Part shown: positions 12,901 to 24,822 of the stretch, one piece after another
How positions within the stretch are numbered: position 1 is the first letter of the stretch
Layout: the number at the start of each line of letters is the position of its first letter
NCBI RefSeq assembly: GCF_963506605.1
Contig: NC_083279.1
Coordinates: 28,086,001 to 28,150,000 of the forward strand
Length of the DNA: 64,000 nt
From: Zootoca vivipara
Lineage: Eukaryota
Direction: 5' to 3'
Notes under the pieces: generated by a model
Told to the model about the DNA's origin: nothing
The model's database searches: none
What the model saw: the letters and a program-made list of their open reading frames with translations, nothing else
Position numbers and translations under genes: made by a program

Positions 12901-15900
12901 ATATTAAACTTTTCTCTCACTAGCTGAAGTTCTCCATTAGGTGACTTATCCCTGATGGCATAAAAAAGCAGAAAAAAATAAGAAATATTAAAGTTTAACA
13001 GGGCTGATTTGTATGGTGTTGTGACACACTTTTCTTGAACAAAGCCACAAGGATTAAAGATAGAGAAACTGTGCTTAAATGTTGGGGAGAATTATTAAAT
13101 TTCCTGGTTTCAGCAAAAAGCCACATTCCTTCAGTTTCACTATGAATCATCCCAGTATCCAAATTACACAGAAGACGGCCTTCTTAGTGTCTGCTCCCAG
13201 ACTTTGCAACTCCCTCCCTAGAGAAATTAAACTTGTTCCCTTCTTGTTATCCTTCTGCCAGCAGGTGAATACTTCCTTGTTCCAACAGTCTTTTGGGAAT
13301 TGACTGCCTTTAATGAAAGAGCTGTGGTGCCATGCTGTTTTCTTTATTGTAATTAGCTGTTTGATTTTAATAGGATATATATTCTAACAATGTTTAATTG
13401 TTTTTAATGGTTGTTTTTAATATGTTTTTAGCTGTTCTTATTTTTACCTGTATGCCACCTGTATTTCCCTCTCAGGGGGGAAAAGGCAGAGTATAAATAA
13501 AAGTATAATAATTATTATAAAATTAATCCTTGATCATTGGTCAGGCCAGGCCAGGCTGTCCACAACATTTGGAAGGCAACACATTGCCTCCTTACAATGA
13601 TTTCAATGTCTAGTCCCATCAAGTAACCCCCCAACTTGTCCCAATTCCAAAGACCAAAGGAAATTGAGTTAGTATTTACAGAGACTGTGTGAGTGTTGCT
13701 TTTAAATCCTGAGTAGAGTTATCCTCAAGGTTCCAGGATACATATGGTTCGTCCCAAATACCCGATGAGGCATTACAGGTCACGGCAATACTGGACCCTA
13801 AAAACATGAAATAATAATTGCAAATAACAGAAACTGTTAGAATGTAGTTTTGTTGTTGTTTAGTCGTGTCTGACTCTTCGTGACCCCATGTACCATAGCA
13901 CGCCAGGCACTCCTGTCTTCCACTGCCTCCTGCAGTTTGGTCAAACTCATGTTCGTAGCTTCAAGAATGTAGTTTAGGACTATTAAAAAATAGTTTCATG
14001 TACATCAAGTACATGACATATATTCAAAAGATAATAAAATAAAAGGATCTGAACATCAAAGCTCAGAAATAGACAAAATCTTGGTGCAAAGCAATGTGAA
14101 ACCTTTATCAAAAATATATGAATTCCTACTAGAGTGGCACACCAAAGATGAAGAGGTCAAGGTAGTGATGACAAGGTGGGCAATAGTCATAGGGTACAAC
14201 ATAGAGACCAACTAAGTTTTTATTTTGGTATGAGCTTTCGTGTGCATGCACACTTCTTCAGATACAGTGAAATGCATTTCATTTCACTGTATCTGAAGAA
14301 GTGTGCATGCACACGAAAGCTCATACCAAAATAAAAACTTAGTTGGTCTTTAAGGTGCTACTGAAGGAATTTTTTTATTTTACTTCGATCCAGACCAACA
14401 CGGCTACCTACCTGTAACCGGTACAACATAGAGTATGACAAATGGATTAAATTATGAACCTCTGGAATAAAATTCACAGCATGCATGTTGCTAAAGGAAA
14501 ATCTATACAAGATGATGTATAGATGGTACCTCACACCATCTAAACCAGGCATCCCCAAACTGCGGCCCTCCAGATGTTTTGGCCTACAACTCCCATGATC
14601 CCTAGCTAACAGGACCAGTGGACAGGGATGATGGGAATTGTAGTCCAAAACATCTGGAGGGCCGAAGTTTGGGGAAGCCTGATCTAAACTGTTTAGAATG
14701 TGTAAAACAGGCAATAAGAGCTGCTGGAAGTGTGGGAAAGAAGAAGGAGATTTTTTCCACATGTGGTTAAGGATTTCGGGGGGGGGGGGAATATATAATG
14801 AACTAAAGAAAATCTGTAAGTACACCTTTAAGAAAAGACCTGAAGCTTTCTTGTTGGGGATGGTAGCGGAGGATGTCAAAAAGAACGACCAAAAACTCTT
14901 TTTGTATGCCACAACAGGGGCAAGATTGTTGTTAGCCCAGGTTTGGAAGCAACACCAAATACCCTCAATAGAAAACTGGTGGCAAAAAAATAACAGAATA
15001 TGCAGGAATAGCCAAATTAACAGGGAAAATTAGGCATCAAGGAGACGAAGTATTTGACAGGGAATGGAAGAAATTCCATATTGAGAAAACAACATGAAAC
15101 TCAAAAAGATAAGATCAGTAGAGAGGAAACAAATGGTATAATGCAATTATATAAATATATAAAGATAATAATGCGTGAGATAAACTTGAAATAAAAAGAC
15201 AGCAAAGGAAGAATGGAAGTCAACAAAAGGAATGATATGATAATACAAATGTTAAACTTGATTGATTGTGAAACGTAATGTATGAAATAAGATTTGTATT
15301 AATGAAGGAAAAATTATTAATTGTAAAATATTTTAACACGAAACTATGTAAAGGGTATGGGGGGTGAAAATCAATTTTAAAAAGGTATTTAATAGAAAAA
15401 GAAAAAATAGTTTCATATTAAGTGCAGTAGTTGCTTACCAAGTTCTACTTCGACTGAATTATTGTTTGGATAAATGATGTCCAGAGGTATTCTCTTTGGA
15501 GGCCCTAACAATGGAAAGAAGTGTTACCAGAAACAACAAATCATTGTTGCACAATCTATTACACGTTGCTGTGCTAGGAAGTTCTTGATATATTTTCTTG
15601 TTACTGCAGACTGTCATCCATTAGCAACCACTTATTTCACTACTCATTAGAAAAAGTCGCTTCATGGTGCATATCCCGATGCTGTACAGCAGGCATCCCC
15701 AAACTGCGGCCCTCCAGATGTTTTGGCCTACAACTCCCATGATCCCTAGCTAACAGGACCAGTGGTCAGGGAAGATGGGGATTGTAGTCCAAAACATCTG
15801 GAGGGCCGAAGTTTGGGGATGCCTATTGTACAAGTAAAACATTTATTGGAAGCCTAGAAACAAAGGTTTATACCTAGTGGTTGCACCAACAGATGGCAGT

Positions 15901-16505
15901 TTGTGCAACCAATCTTCCCCTTCACCTCCTGATAAACCTTCCCAGAAAACCCTCTGAAGAGGCTTTTCAAGGAACTGCAGGGGGTGGGAGACTGATTGGT
16001 GCAAGCTGTCTTCACTTGTGCAATTATTGGCTACAATCCAAAATATTTGCATCTTGACCGGACATTACATGCAAGTACATCACAAATGCTATTAATACTC
16101 CTGAACAAAATCAGACTATCTTGATGCAAATGTTCTGCACATTTATGTCACAATACTTTTCGTTAAGATTCAAGACTCCTCTCTAGAAAAGACAGACTTT
16201 TGGAACCTAACATAGATTACACTTAACTGAACATTAACTCCAAAAGCAGCCAGAGGTCAAATACCACTTTAAGTGTTCAACAGAAGCATCATGGGAGCAA
16301 AAGGACAAAGGAATGCAACAACAAAAATATGATCTTGCCCAATGCTGTTCAGGAACAAAACACGTTTGTTTTAACAATGCATTTATGATGAATTTGTGGC
16401 ATTATTAGATAACCTACATTCTGTAGCGTACCAATAGTATTTTTAGGAATACTCGGACATGTGGCAGTCCTAGCCAATAAAATATCAAGAACCATATACA
16501 GTATA

Positions 16506-16538
<33 letters not shown>

Positions 16539-19500
16539 ATACTTCTTTATACCCCATCTTTCAGGATATAAACTCTTCCAACGCATTTTACAAATAAAAC
16601 TAAACTACATTTTAAAAGCCCCACAAATATCTGCATGTAAGATGCCATCAAGGTTCTCACAGGGCAGCTGGCAAAAAGGAATAGTTTTCTTATTTGCTGA
16701 TACGTGGACCTGTACAATGTCAGCTAGCTCCCATTGGGACTGGTGGAGCAGAAGGGATGAAGGCCAACAGTAGGTAAAACCACAAGCCAATGACAGGCAA
16801 TGCCAACAAATTCTGTTTGCCCCTATCCTCCCCCTGCTAAGTAATGGCAACCCTGAGATTAAGGAGGAGGAAGCAGAGGATATGGTCTGGATGCAAGGAA
16901 GAAGGAAGGCAGATGATCTTAAGGGAATGAAGACTGAATTAGTGGGACAGTGTTCCATTTGCTCTAATGGACCAGCCAAAACTGAACTGGTAGGAGTGGG
17001 GAGGGAAAGTCTAGCCAGAGCAGGCTGGGAGGTGGCCTTTCCCTGCTTCCCTCTTACAAACTTACCAAAAAGAGTTAGACTAATGGCACGAGATACATTC
17101 AATTGCCTTCCCAGATAGGTGTATGTCAGCTGGCATAAATACACTCCTTTGTCTTTCTCCGTTGCATTTTTAATTGCAAGGAAATCCTCAAAATGGCTAA
17201 ATCTCCCATCTTCAGGTAATCCAGGAGTGCATGCCTGAAATATAAAAAGAGGAAGGAAAAATATTATTAAAAGCTGAAGGCAACAAACTTTGTTCATTTA
17301 CAGCAGGCATGGGCAAACTCCGGCCCTCCAGATGTTTTGAGACTACAACTCCCATCATCCCTGACCACTGGTCCTGTTAGCTAGGGATGATGGGAATTGT
17401 AGTTCCAAAACATCTGGAGGGCCAGAGTTTGCCTATGCCTGGTTTACAGAACCCAAACACAGACTGGCACAATAAAAAGCGGAGAAATGTAACCCACAGA
17501 ATGCAGACTCACAAAGCTAAGGACAACTGTTGGGAGGGAATGGAGAGTTGCAAATAAGGATTTATCTCCATGCACAAAAAGGTATTATTACCAAAGTAGT
17601 ATTATCATTCATGACACTAGAGGTGGGGGAGATTGGTTTAGAACCTTCCCAGGCTTCAGGTACCTAGGGGTTCAAATAACCAGAAACTTCAACAAACTAT
17701 ACCTCCACAATTACAAGCCCCTGTGGTGACAAATCAACAGAGACTTGAGGAAATAGAACAACACAAATTTCACCCTCTCAGACAAAATAGGGGGGGGGAA
17801 CTACACTCATTTATTTTCTCACACCAACCTTGAACCAATGAAGTGGAGTCCTTTCACTTTCAAAATTCTGGAGGTCGGGACATGTCAACTTTCCAGTATT
17901 GTGCAAATGTATTCTTTGTGGATAAACGTAATTTCTATTATAGCATAAACCATCATCGTTTTTGAAAACACGAAGTTCCTTCCTATCTCTTGTTGAATTT
18001 CTGTTATGAAAAAGGGGATATCAGCACATCTATTAATTATTAAGAGATACCCACAGGATACTGGCATTATATCAGCATTTAATGATTAGAAAAACATCAT
18101 GAGCATAACCAGATCTGGGTGCACTTTTTGGAATAGTAAGATGTGGAATTGGATCACAATTCAGCAGACAAGAACAAGCTCAAAATAATAACACTCTAGA
18201 AGTGTCTGGCTGTTTATTGTTAGTTTGTTGTTCCAGGAAGTAGAAGAAGAAGAAAATATACGAAGGACAGAATATAAAAATGTGTAAGGGATGGCTTAAG
18301 AGGCAACACTGTGGCCAGGAGGTTTAGTTTCATGGTGTTTATAAAATGCCAGAATTAGTTGGAATAACATGGTGTAACAGTTCTAAAAAAATTACTGGGG
18401 GGGGAAGCAAAAATGATCCTTTTGTTTATATTGGATTGTAGCCAATGCTGCCATTTCACATGCACTACAGACCTCCACTTGTGCAACACAGCTTCCCGTT
18501 GACGGATCCTGTGGGGCAGAATTTGGGGTGCACAGAAAGAAGTCATCCCACTGTGCACCACTTACAGAGACACTCTTTCCCCCCCCCCAAGAATTGTATT
18601 TTTTAGCCTGAAAACTATAGGTTGTTAGGGGCATGACTGAAGTCATGTTCAGATGGCCATCTTCACAAATCATGGCTGAAACCACATGCAAACATGTTGG
18701 CTGCATGCTAACCCCTTCTCCCATCCCCCTGCATCATACACTACCATCCGAGCAAAGAGCATGGATTGCATTCAGCAACAGTTCCCTGTTATCTCCAAAC
18801 GGTGTGCATCAGGCTTTAAAGAAACTACAGTGACTGGAGAGAAATAAAATTTACCTCCTGTATCAATTTTACTAAACACATAGGGGGGGAAAATGTAGTC
18901 GTCTCCAATGCATGTTTTATTTCAAAGAAGTCGGTCTGCTCAGTAGGGTTTATCAGGGCCATCTTAAGCATATCGGCCACCCTGGCGCTGTGGTGCGAAG
19001 ATCGCTCCAGCGCCTCCCCCTGCCCCATTTCCCACCATGGCTGTCTGGCGGGCACAGCGCACCGTGCCGCTGGCGCCCTGTGCCCCTGGCGGCCCGGCAC
19101 CCTGGCGCCCTGTGCCACCCAGCCTTGCCTTAGAGCCGGCCCTGGAGTATATACACAGCCTACAGACTGCTTCTCACTTCAACATTACACAACTGAAGTC
19201 CAAAAGAAATTGTTAAGACAAAACGGGCAAAATTCTAAATTTATGTTTCCCTATCGTTGCTGAACTCACTCAAGTCAGAACTATAGAACCTAACAGTTAC
19301 ATTCAATTGAAGGGGGGGGGAAAGAACTTTGCAGAAACTTACTGAATGCGACACTCATAAAATCCCGAGTCTTCTATCATTGCAGGGCTAAACCAAAGCC
19401 TGTCTCCTCGTTGATGGATCCTGCTGTAATTATCCGTAGTTATGGGTATATCACTACCATTTATGTACCAAGTCACAGAGTAACTGGATTGTTTAGAAGA

Positions 19501-21781
19501 CAGCAGTGGACAGCAGATGGCCCCAGGCTCTCCTGCACGCACATTGGTCGCTAAGCGTACACCTAATGAATAAATTGCATATAATGTGTGCTTATCACTG
19601 TGACAAATGATGTACTTCGCTTGTGCAAACAGATACACTTGCAGTAAGCCTGAAAATTCACAGCACAGCTCTCCATCATTCCACTGTGTGCCTAGCCTCA
19701 CCTGTGCCAACTCTGCCTTTCTTCCTTGTGCCTTGCAATTAGCAATGCTGCCCAAACTTACTATCTAGCTAGTACGAACTCATCCAACTAGTAGTATGAA
19801 TTTGTCCAATGAATGCTTGGATGCATTATGAAACAACAGCACTTTCCCCGCCTCCCCCCAAATCATTCTCCAGCTCCAATTGAATCTGAAGTGCTGAATT
19901 GTCAGGTTACCTGCATCTCCCCCCGTATTCCCCACCCCAAACCCAGGGTGGAAAACTCTCTCCTCCTATTTATCTGGCAACTGCTTCAGCAGGAAAATCT
20001 GACTGGAGGCTTTTGAGAAAGGCTCCCTTCCTCTGGCCTGGAACATGGAAAGACTGCAAGCAACAGATAAGGCAGCCTTGCAAAGGCAGGGTTGTTATTT
20101 GACCCTATTTCATTCCCGAACAGCCAAATCCTAACCACATCTACTCAGGAGCAAGGTGTACTCCAAAGTAAGTAGGGTTAGGATTGCAGGCATAGAGAAT
20201 GCAACAGGGCCCTAACATGGAATTGGCTGGGGGGGGCAGGAGAGGGGGCTCGTATATGAGTATCTGCAAATCACAGCTTGTGCAACACAGCTCTCAGAAT
20301 CTTAGAAATGCAAGCATAACACTATGCAATACACATCTGATACATTCTTAATGCAAAACAGGCAAGATTTAATTGAGACTGCAATTCAGCTTCTTAACAG
20401 AAACACAGTGAAGAGTCCCATTCATTATCAAACAAAATATAATCGCTGGTGATGTAAAATACGGCAATTTAATGTAATTTTGAGTGTGGGGTTGATTTAG
20501 GAAAGTGGCGTGGCACACCCGCTGATCCTCTAGGATTAGGAAGTGTAATACTGGCAAGCCAGTACAATGACAGGTCAGGAGGTAAAGGCATAGGTCAGTT
20601 ACACTGGATGGGGCTTGGTGGATCTGGAAATATTGGGATAGATCTGGCTGAATCAGGCTTGACAGGAGAAGACCAGGATGGGTCACACTTGGGTCAGGAA
20701 GAAGCAATGGTATACAGGTAGAGTCTTGGAAAAGTACTGAGGGTCACAAGATGGAAACGAGGGGGATGTGTGAAGAGCAGGCATGTGACAGGTACATGAT
20801 GTGTGGGATGTGCAGTTCACCACTTCCTTCATGGCGGAAATTTTGGGTGTTGGCAGGAAGTGACATGTACCCAGTCATTACTATGCATGAGGCTACACTC
20901 CTGTAATTGGTTGGAATCTGCATTGCAAGTTAATCATTAGCTGTCAAAGTTGCTGTCAAAAAATATAGGCTCCTGAGCTCCGCCCGGGGCTGGCCTTTGG
21001 GGAACTCAGCCTTGTCTCCCGTCTCGTTATTGGATTATCCATTGCTACACTTGAGTGTTGGCGCATCTGCTGCTTCTTTAAGAGTTTTGAGATGAGAGGA
21101 ATTTTGCTTGAGATTTTCTAGAAGGGTTCATGAGAAGTTCACCTCTGAATATTCCATTCACTGAACAAAGGAAGAGGCACTACAGTATCTAAGTATATAC
21201 AGGCAAGAGCCAGCATGACTGAATATATAAAACACAAAATTAAAAGGTTTTTTTGAAGAATAAATGGATTTAAAAACAGCTCTTCCCATTTTTGTTAGGA
21301 AATGTGCTGCATTTTGAGAAATTGCAACCCCAGTTGACTTTACACATCATGGCGGGTAGAGGGAGAGATAGAAAACTGTGATGGATGTTCAGCACTTGAC
21401 GATAGGTTAACTAGTGGTGCATATACATACAAGCGAAGCACTACAGACCACAGACACAGCCTTCATATTCCCTCATATGCACTGTTTTTCACCTGTGCTT
21501 TTCAAGTTCGCGCATTCTCAGTGTAATTAAGCAAGCAGGCAGAAATAAAGTAAGAGCTATGCACCTGCAAAATAAAGCAAGCAAACCAGCCCCTCATGGA
21601 AGTGGCACTTATCTTTGTGTAACTTTGTAGAGAAACTAGATGGTAGTATGATTACATCCACTGTAGTGTTGCTAATGCAAGCAAGCAAACAAACAAATAA
21701 GAAACATAAATTTGACTTACAAATACTGGACGAAGAAGAAGCCAGACAGATCCAGCATAAGAGCTGCAATACGGATATCAT
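7970..21781 (-). CDS. IL1R1: Interleukin-1 receptor type 1-like, complete spliced CDS: complement(join(7970..8364,9537..9701,10953..11096,12803..12951,13680..13797,15439..15504,17066..17234,17829..18000,19343..19562,21721..21781)), 552 aa
   Basis: Ten exons with GT-AG boundaries and matching phases sum to 1659 nt. Signal peptide, three Ig domains, TM followed by [13 protein letters not shown] boxes YDAYVLYPK / [14 protein letters not shown] / [10 protein letters not shown]. Lies directly downstream of IL1R2 in the same orientation, as in the amniote cluster. Confidence 0.88.
9272..9334 (-). repeat. 5S rRNA-derived SINE fragment
   Basis: Minus strand GAAGCTAAGCAGG...TGGTCAGTGCCTGGACAGGAGACC resembles the 5S internal control region; degenerate and partial. 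Confidence 0.5.
9537..9701 (-). CDS. IL1R1: IL1R1 coding exon 9 (TIR boxes 1-2)
   Basis: [15 protein letters not shown]...[24 protein letters not shown]; ctcTAG / GTATGT; 165 nt. Confidence 0.93.
9831..9924. repeat. (GATA)n microsatellite
   Basis: Direct reading. Confidence 0.95.
10343..10858. mobile_element. Tc1/mariner (Tigger-like) MITE
   Basis: TA-CAGTGGTACCTTGGTT left end, AACCAAGGTAC right end. Confidence 0.75.
10953..11096 (-). CDS. IL1R1: IL1R1 coding exon 8 (transmembrane)
   Basis: [41 protein letters not shown]; ataCAG / GTAAGT; 144 nt. Confidence 0.93.
11187..11789 (-). mobile_element. Older CR1 3' fragment, adjoining the young CR1
   Basis: [15 protein letters not shown] remnant; ACATAAGA-type 3' end. 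Confidence 0.7.
11790..12380 (-). mobile_element. CR1 LINE 3' fragment (young, same subfamily as 808-1327)
   Basis: Near-identical ORF2 C-terminus and tail on the minus strand. Confidence 0.95.
12803..12951 (-). CDS. IL1R1: IL1R1 coding exon 7 (Ig3 C-half)
   Basis: [33 protein letters not shown]...VYIMLKPP; catCAG / GTAAGT; 149 nt. Confidence 0.87.
13680..13797 (-). CDS. IL1R1: IL1R1 coding exon 6 (Ig3 N-half)
   Basis: [24 protein letters not shown]...; tttTAG / GTAAAT; 118 nt, phase 1 to 2. Confidence 0.87.
13851..13963 (-). mobile_element. Short Bov-B 3' end
   Basis: Matches the start of the 35.7-kb copy; 12-bp TSD AGAATGTAGTTT; about 50 nt from an IL1R1 acceptor. Confidence 0.85.
14228..14265 (-). 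ncRNA. Minimal type I hammerhead ribozyme, inverted copy (sense strand of IL1R1 pre-mRNA)
   Basis: Exact reverse complement of 14289-14326. Confidence 0.7.
14289..14326 (+). ncRNA. Minimal type I hammerhead ribozyme (Penelope-type)
   Basis: GTAT CTGAAGA A GTGTGCATGCACAC GAAA GC TC ATAC: stem I GTAT/ATAC, CUGANGA and GAAA cores, palindromic stem II, UC cleavage site. Confidence 0.75.
14546..14681. mobile_element. ~136-bp hAT-type MITE
   Basis: Long TIRs CAGGCATCCCCAAACT...; 8-bp TSD ATCTAAAC. Confidence 0.85.
15439..15504 (-). CDS. IL1R1: IL1R1 coding exon 5 (66-nt Ig2-Ig3 linker)
   Basis: [22 protein letters not shown]; tgtTAG / GTAAGC. Confidence 0.9.
15690..15825. mobile_element. ~136-bp hAT-type MITE
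   Basis: Same family as 14546-14681. Confidence 0.85.
17066..17234 (-). CDS. IL1R1: IL1R1 coding exon 4 (Ig2 C-half)
   Basis: ACTPGL...[33 protein letters not shown]; tttCAG / GTAAGT; 169 nt. Confidence 0.92.
17304..17441. mobile_element. ~136-bp hAT-type MITE
   Basis: Same family; flanks ATTTACAG / GTTTACAG. Confidence 0.85.
17829..18000 (-). CDS. IL1R1: IL1R1 coding exon 3 (Ig2 N-half)
   Basis: [21 protein letters not shown]...GKLTCPDL...LHWFK, not in the ORF track frame; acceptor CAG, donor GTTGGT; 172 nt. Confidence 0.9.
19343..19562 (-). CDS. IL1R1: IL1R1 coding exon 2 (Ig domain 1)
   Basis: GEPGAICCP...VTWY...[24 protein letters not shown]; acceptor ttcattAG, donor GTAAGT; 220 nt. 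Confidence 0.9.
21721..21781 (-). CDS. IL1R1: IL1R1 coding exon 1 (signal peptide [20 protein letters not shown], 61 nt, phase 1)
   Basis: Acceptor ...cctttacCAG/CAG-AAG-ATG; donor GTAAGT at 21720-21715; hydrophobic leader. Confidence 0.85.
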
Positions 21782-21971
21782 CTTCTGCTGGTAAAGGAAA
21801 GGAAAGATATTCAGGTCTGCAATAGCTTTCTAAAATTCTCTGCTACAGCCAAAATGTTCACCATATGTATAAAGGGAGAAGGATGACATATTCAATGCTA
21901 GGACTATTGCATTTAGAAGAAAGTCAAATAAACATGAAGCCCACAAAAATAACTAGTACAGCCACACTTAC

Positions 21972-22036
21972 CGGTACCTACCAGCCACCAGTGGTGTAAA
22001 AGAAGAAACATTTCATAAAGAACCCTGTTTGATCAC
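21972..22036 (-). other. Candidate 65-nt 5'UTR exon of IL1R1
   Basis: Acceptor ttcattcatCAG and donor CCG|GTAAGT, 184 nt upstream of the ATG exon; no transcript evidence. Confidence 0.4.
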
Positions 22037-22941
22037 CTGATGAATGAAATGAATTTGGTTTCAGATCCTGGACCCTATGTGTGTCCTTCTCTCAGCCTAA
22101 TTTACATCAGAGGGTTGAAAGGGTTTTTAAAAGTGATACTCCCCACCAAGCAAGCAGCTATTTGAAAGTTCATGTCAAGCTTGGCTTCTGCCATACCAAT
22201 CTATATACATTCACAAATTGAGAGATATCAGTAATTTCCAGGCTGCATCAACAGCTCAACCATCACCCAAATCACATCTGGAGGGCACCAGGTTGAAAAA
22301 CACTACCTCGGAAGAAGTACTGCCACGAACAACATTCCACAGCTGATCATGACACTTCATTAGCTCCTCCCCCAATATTCTACATTCACAAGAGTTGCAA
22401 ATGTGCTGCATGGGAGATTTCACATCGTTGCTTTTTCTGGGGGAAAGTAGTGGTCACTGCTAAACATGCTGTATACGTTAGGCAGTTTGGCCTTCACGAT
22501 ACCATACCCTCCAACATTTCTCCGATGTAAACAGATACGTCCCTGCCAACATTTCTCCAATGAAAATAGGAACATCCAGTGCTATAGAAAAAGTAGTGCT
22601 GGAACTCACTTTGTTCTCTTAGAATGGCCATGGTGCCCACCTGAGAAGTGCCAGAACTCAGTTCTGGTGAGTTCTGGCTTTAAAAAGCCCTGGGGATGTC
22701 CTATTCCCTCCAACATTTCTCCGATGAAAATAGGGGCAACCTAAGGAAAAGTGGGAGATTCCAGGATCAAATCAGAAATCGGGGTGGCTTCTGTAAATCC
22801 AGGACTGTTCCTGGAAAACAGGGATACTTAGACGATCTATTCTCCTTGGAAGTGGATAATAAGAATAAATTCTTCTAGCATTGTTTTTCTTGTTGACCAG
22901 AATAAACAAAATTAGATTTTCTGTCAAGTTTCATCCTATAC

Positions 22942-23628
22942 CATGGGTAGGTGTAATGGTGTTGTTGCGGCTACTCTTGAGTAAAGATGCCCAAGTCTGT
23001 ACTTGTCTTTAACGGTTTTATTGTGCATAATATTTACAGTGCAGAGATAGCAGAAAATATGACCTCCTATCACTCGCAGAATCCAGGAGTGGACGTTTCC
23101 TGCTGCGTGGCCAGCATAAGAGCTTGGGCACTCCAAAATGCCTCCTCCCAACCTTATGTTTAGTGGCGCGCCTTAATTCAGGCGCCGGAAGGGGCTGCCT
23201 GTTCCCCTCCACCTCTTGGTCAAGGCGGCACAAGGGCTCTCCCACATCACTGAGCCTTGCTTCCTCCATCCCGCTAACTTCCTCATTCCCCCCACCTGAC
23301 CCACTGCTGCTGCTCTCGCTGGGTGAAGTGCTGGTCAGCAGGGTGGGGGGAGGCTCCCTGTAGGAAGGTTCCCTAACAGTAGGCAAACTAAGGCCCAGGG
23401 GCCAAATCTGGCCCAATCGTCTTCTAAATCTGGCCTGCAGACAGTCCGGAAATCAGCGTGTTTTTACATGAGTAGAATGTGTCCTTTTATTTGAAATGCA
23501 ACTCTGGGTTGTTTGTGGGGCATAGGAATTCGTTCATTTATTTATTTTTTCAAAATATAGTCCGGGCCCCCTACAAGGTCTGAGGGACAGTGGACCAGCT
23601 CCCTGCTGAAAAAGTTTGCTGACCCTTG
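22942..23628. mobile_element. hAT-type MITE hosting the solo LTR
   Basis: Imperfect TIRs CATGGGTAGGCAAACT / AGTTTGCTGACCCTTG; 8-bp flanks TCCTATAC / TTCTATAC. Confidence 0.7.
22952..23378 (-). mobile_element. Solo LTR (TG...CA, 5-bp TSD) nested in a hAT MITE
   Basis: TSD GTAGG at 22947-22951 and 23379-23383; minus-strand AATAAA at 23022-23017. Confidence 0.75.
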
Positions 23629-24587
23629 TTCTATACAGCTGAAATTGAGAGGTCCTTCATTCTTGGAGATACTTCGGATCTGGTACAAGACGAAGATGCT
23701 TCCAAACTAGCATGGAACAGTAACTACAGTGCTATCAAATCAACTTAAATGGGAGTGAGAAGCCACCAACAAGGTTCAACAGGGTCACGTTTAATTTAAA
23801 GAGAGGAAAATTCCTCCAAATGGTGGAGATGCATTATAAGGAAGTTGAAAGGGAAAGTATTCAGGAGTCTTGGAGGTTATTTAAAGCTTGTCTGGAGGGC
23901 ACACCACGGATTAAGAAAGACGCCCAACAGAATGTTCGTGTGGTTAGTAATGCGCATCAATAGAGCTGCAAAAGCCAATACTCTTTTCTTTAAAAAGTGC
24001 AAGTCTCATCCAAATAAAGAGAACAAAAAAGAGAAAATAAGCTCTCCTAAAACAAGTTACCAGTGAGGCACATGAGATGATATTTGAGCATATTGTTATA
24101 GGCACGGGGGGGGGGGGGGAGAGATACAAATTTCTTTAAAATCACAAGCAGTGAGCGAGCCTGGGAGTGTCAGACCATTAGAAAACACAATTTTGAAAAG
24201 GACTTTGGAGAGAAACAGAATATTTGCTTCTGGTTTCTCTGCAAAGGATGTTGGATAAAAATACGATTAAAATTCTAGGGCTAAACACCACATTAAAAGC
24301 CAACCCTCGGTCTGGATAGCATGAGGAGTTCATAAATAACATAAAAATGTGAAGCAGTTGGTCATCTAATGCTAAAAATGTAAAATGTCTTTAAATTCAA
24401 AATCCTCACAGGAGGGTTGGAAGGCAACCAATGTGGCACCAGTTTTTAAGAGAGGCGTGACAAATTTACAAGACTTGCAGTCTAATTTCTTTCCTAATAA
24501 AAAATGGCACAAAGCAGGATTAAAGTTAAAATCGGTCAACCTTGGATAATGAGGTATTGCTTACTGTGCTGTGTTACTGGGATGTTA

Positions 24588-24822
24588 CCCTGTTTCTCAT
24601 ATTTTAAGACATGCCCATAAAATAAGCCATAGCAGGATTTTTAAGCATTCAAGGAATATAAGCCATACCCCGAAAATAAGACATAGTGATAGGCGCAGCA
24701 GCAATGCCGGACGCGGCAGGAGGAGGAGGAAAAAAATAAGACATCCCTTGAAAATAAGCCATAGTGTGTTTTTTTGAGGAAAAAATAAATATAAGACATG
24801 TCTTATAATATGAGAAACACGG
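24588..24822. mobile_element. pogo/Tc2-like MITE
   Basis: 26-bp imperfect TIR CCCTGTTTCTCATATTTTAAGACATG; TA flanks. Confidence 0.75.

Larger units (their letters stand above)
14207..14419 (+). mobile_element. Penelope-like element remnant with a perfect 70-bp inverted repeat and a hammerhead ribozyme on each strand
   Basis: 14-bp TSD GGTACAACATAGAG (14193-14206, 14420-14433); arms 14205-14274 and 14280-14349. Confidence 0.85.
14030..15400 (+). mobile_element. Degraded L1-clade 3' fragment interrupted by the Penelope remnant and a hAT MITE
   Basis: [12 protein letters not shown]...[10 protein letters not shown]...[13 protein letters not shown] remnants; boundaries approximate. Confidence 0.8.

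Noticed and set aside
16605-17297. 230-aa ORF
   Set aside because: Only 17066-17234 is a real exon; the rest is intron read-through with no recognisable protein features
19563-19600. Upstream acceptor (tcacAG) for the Ig1 exon
   Set aside because: Out of frame with the phase-1 signal exon and hits TAG
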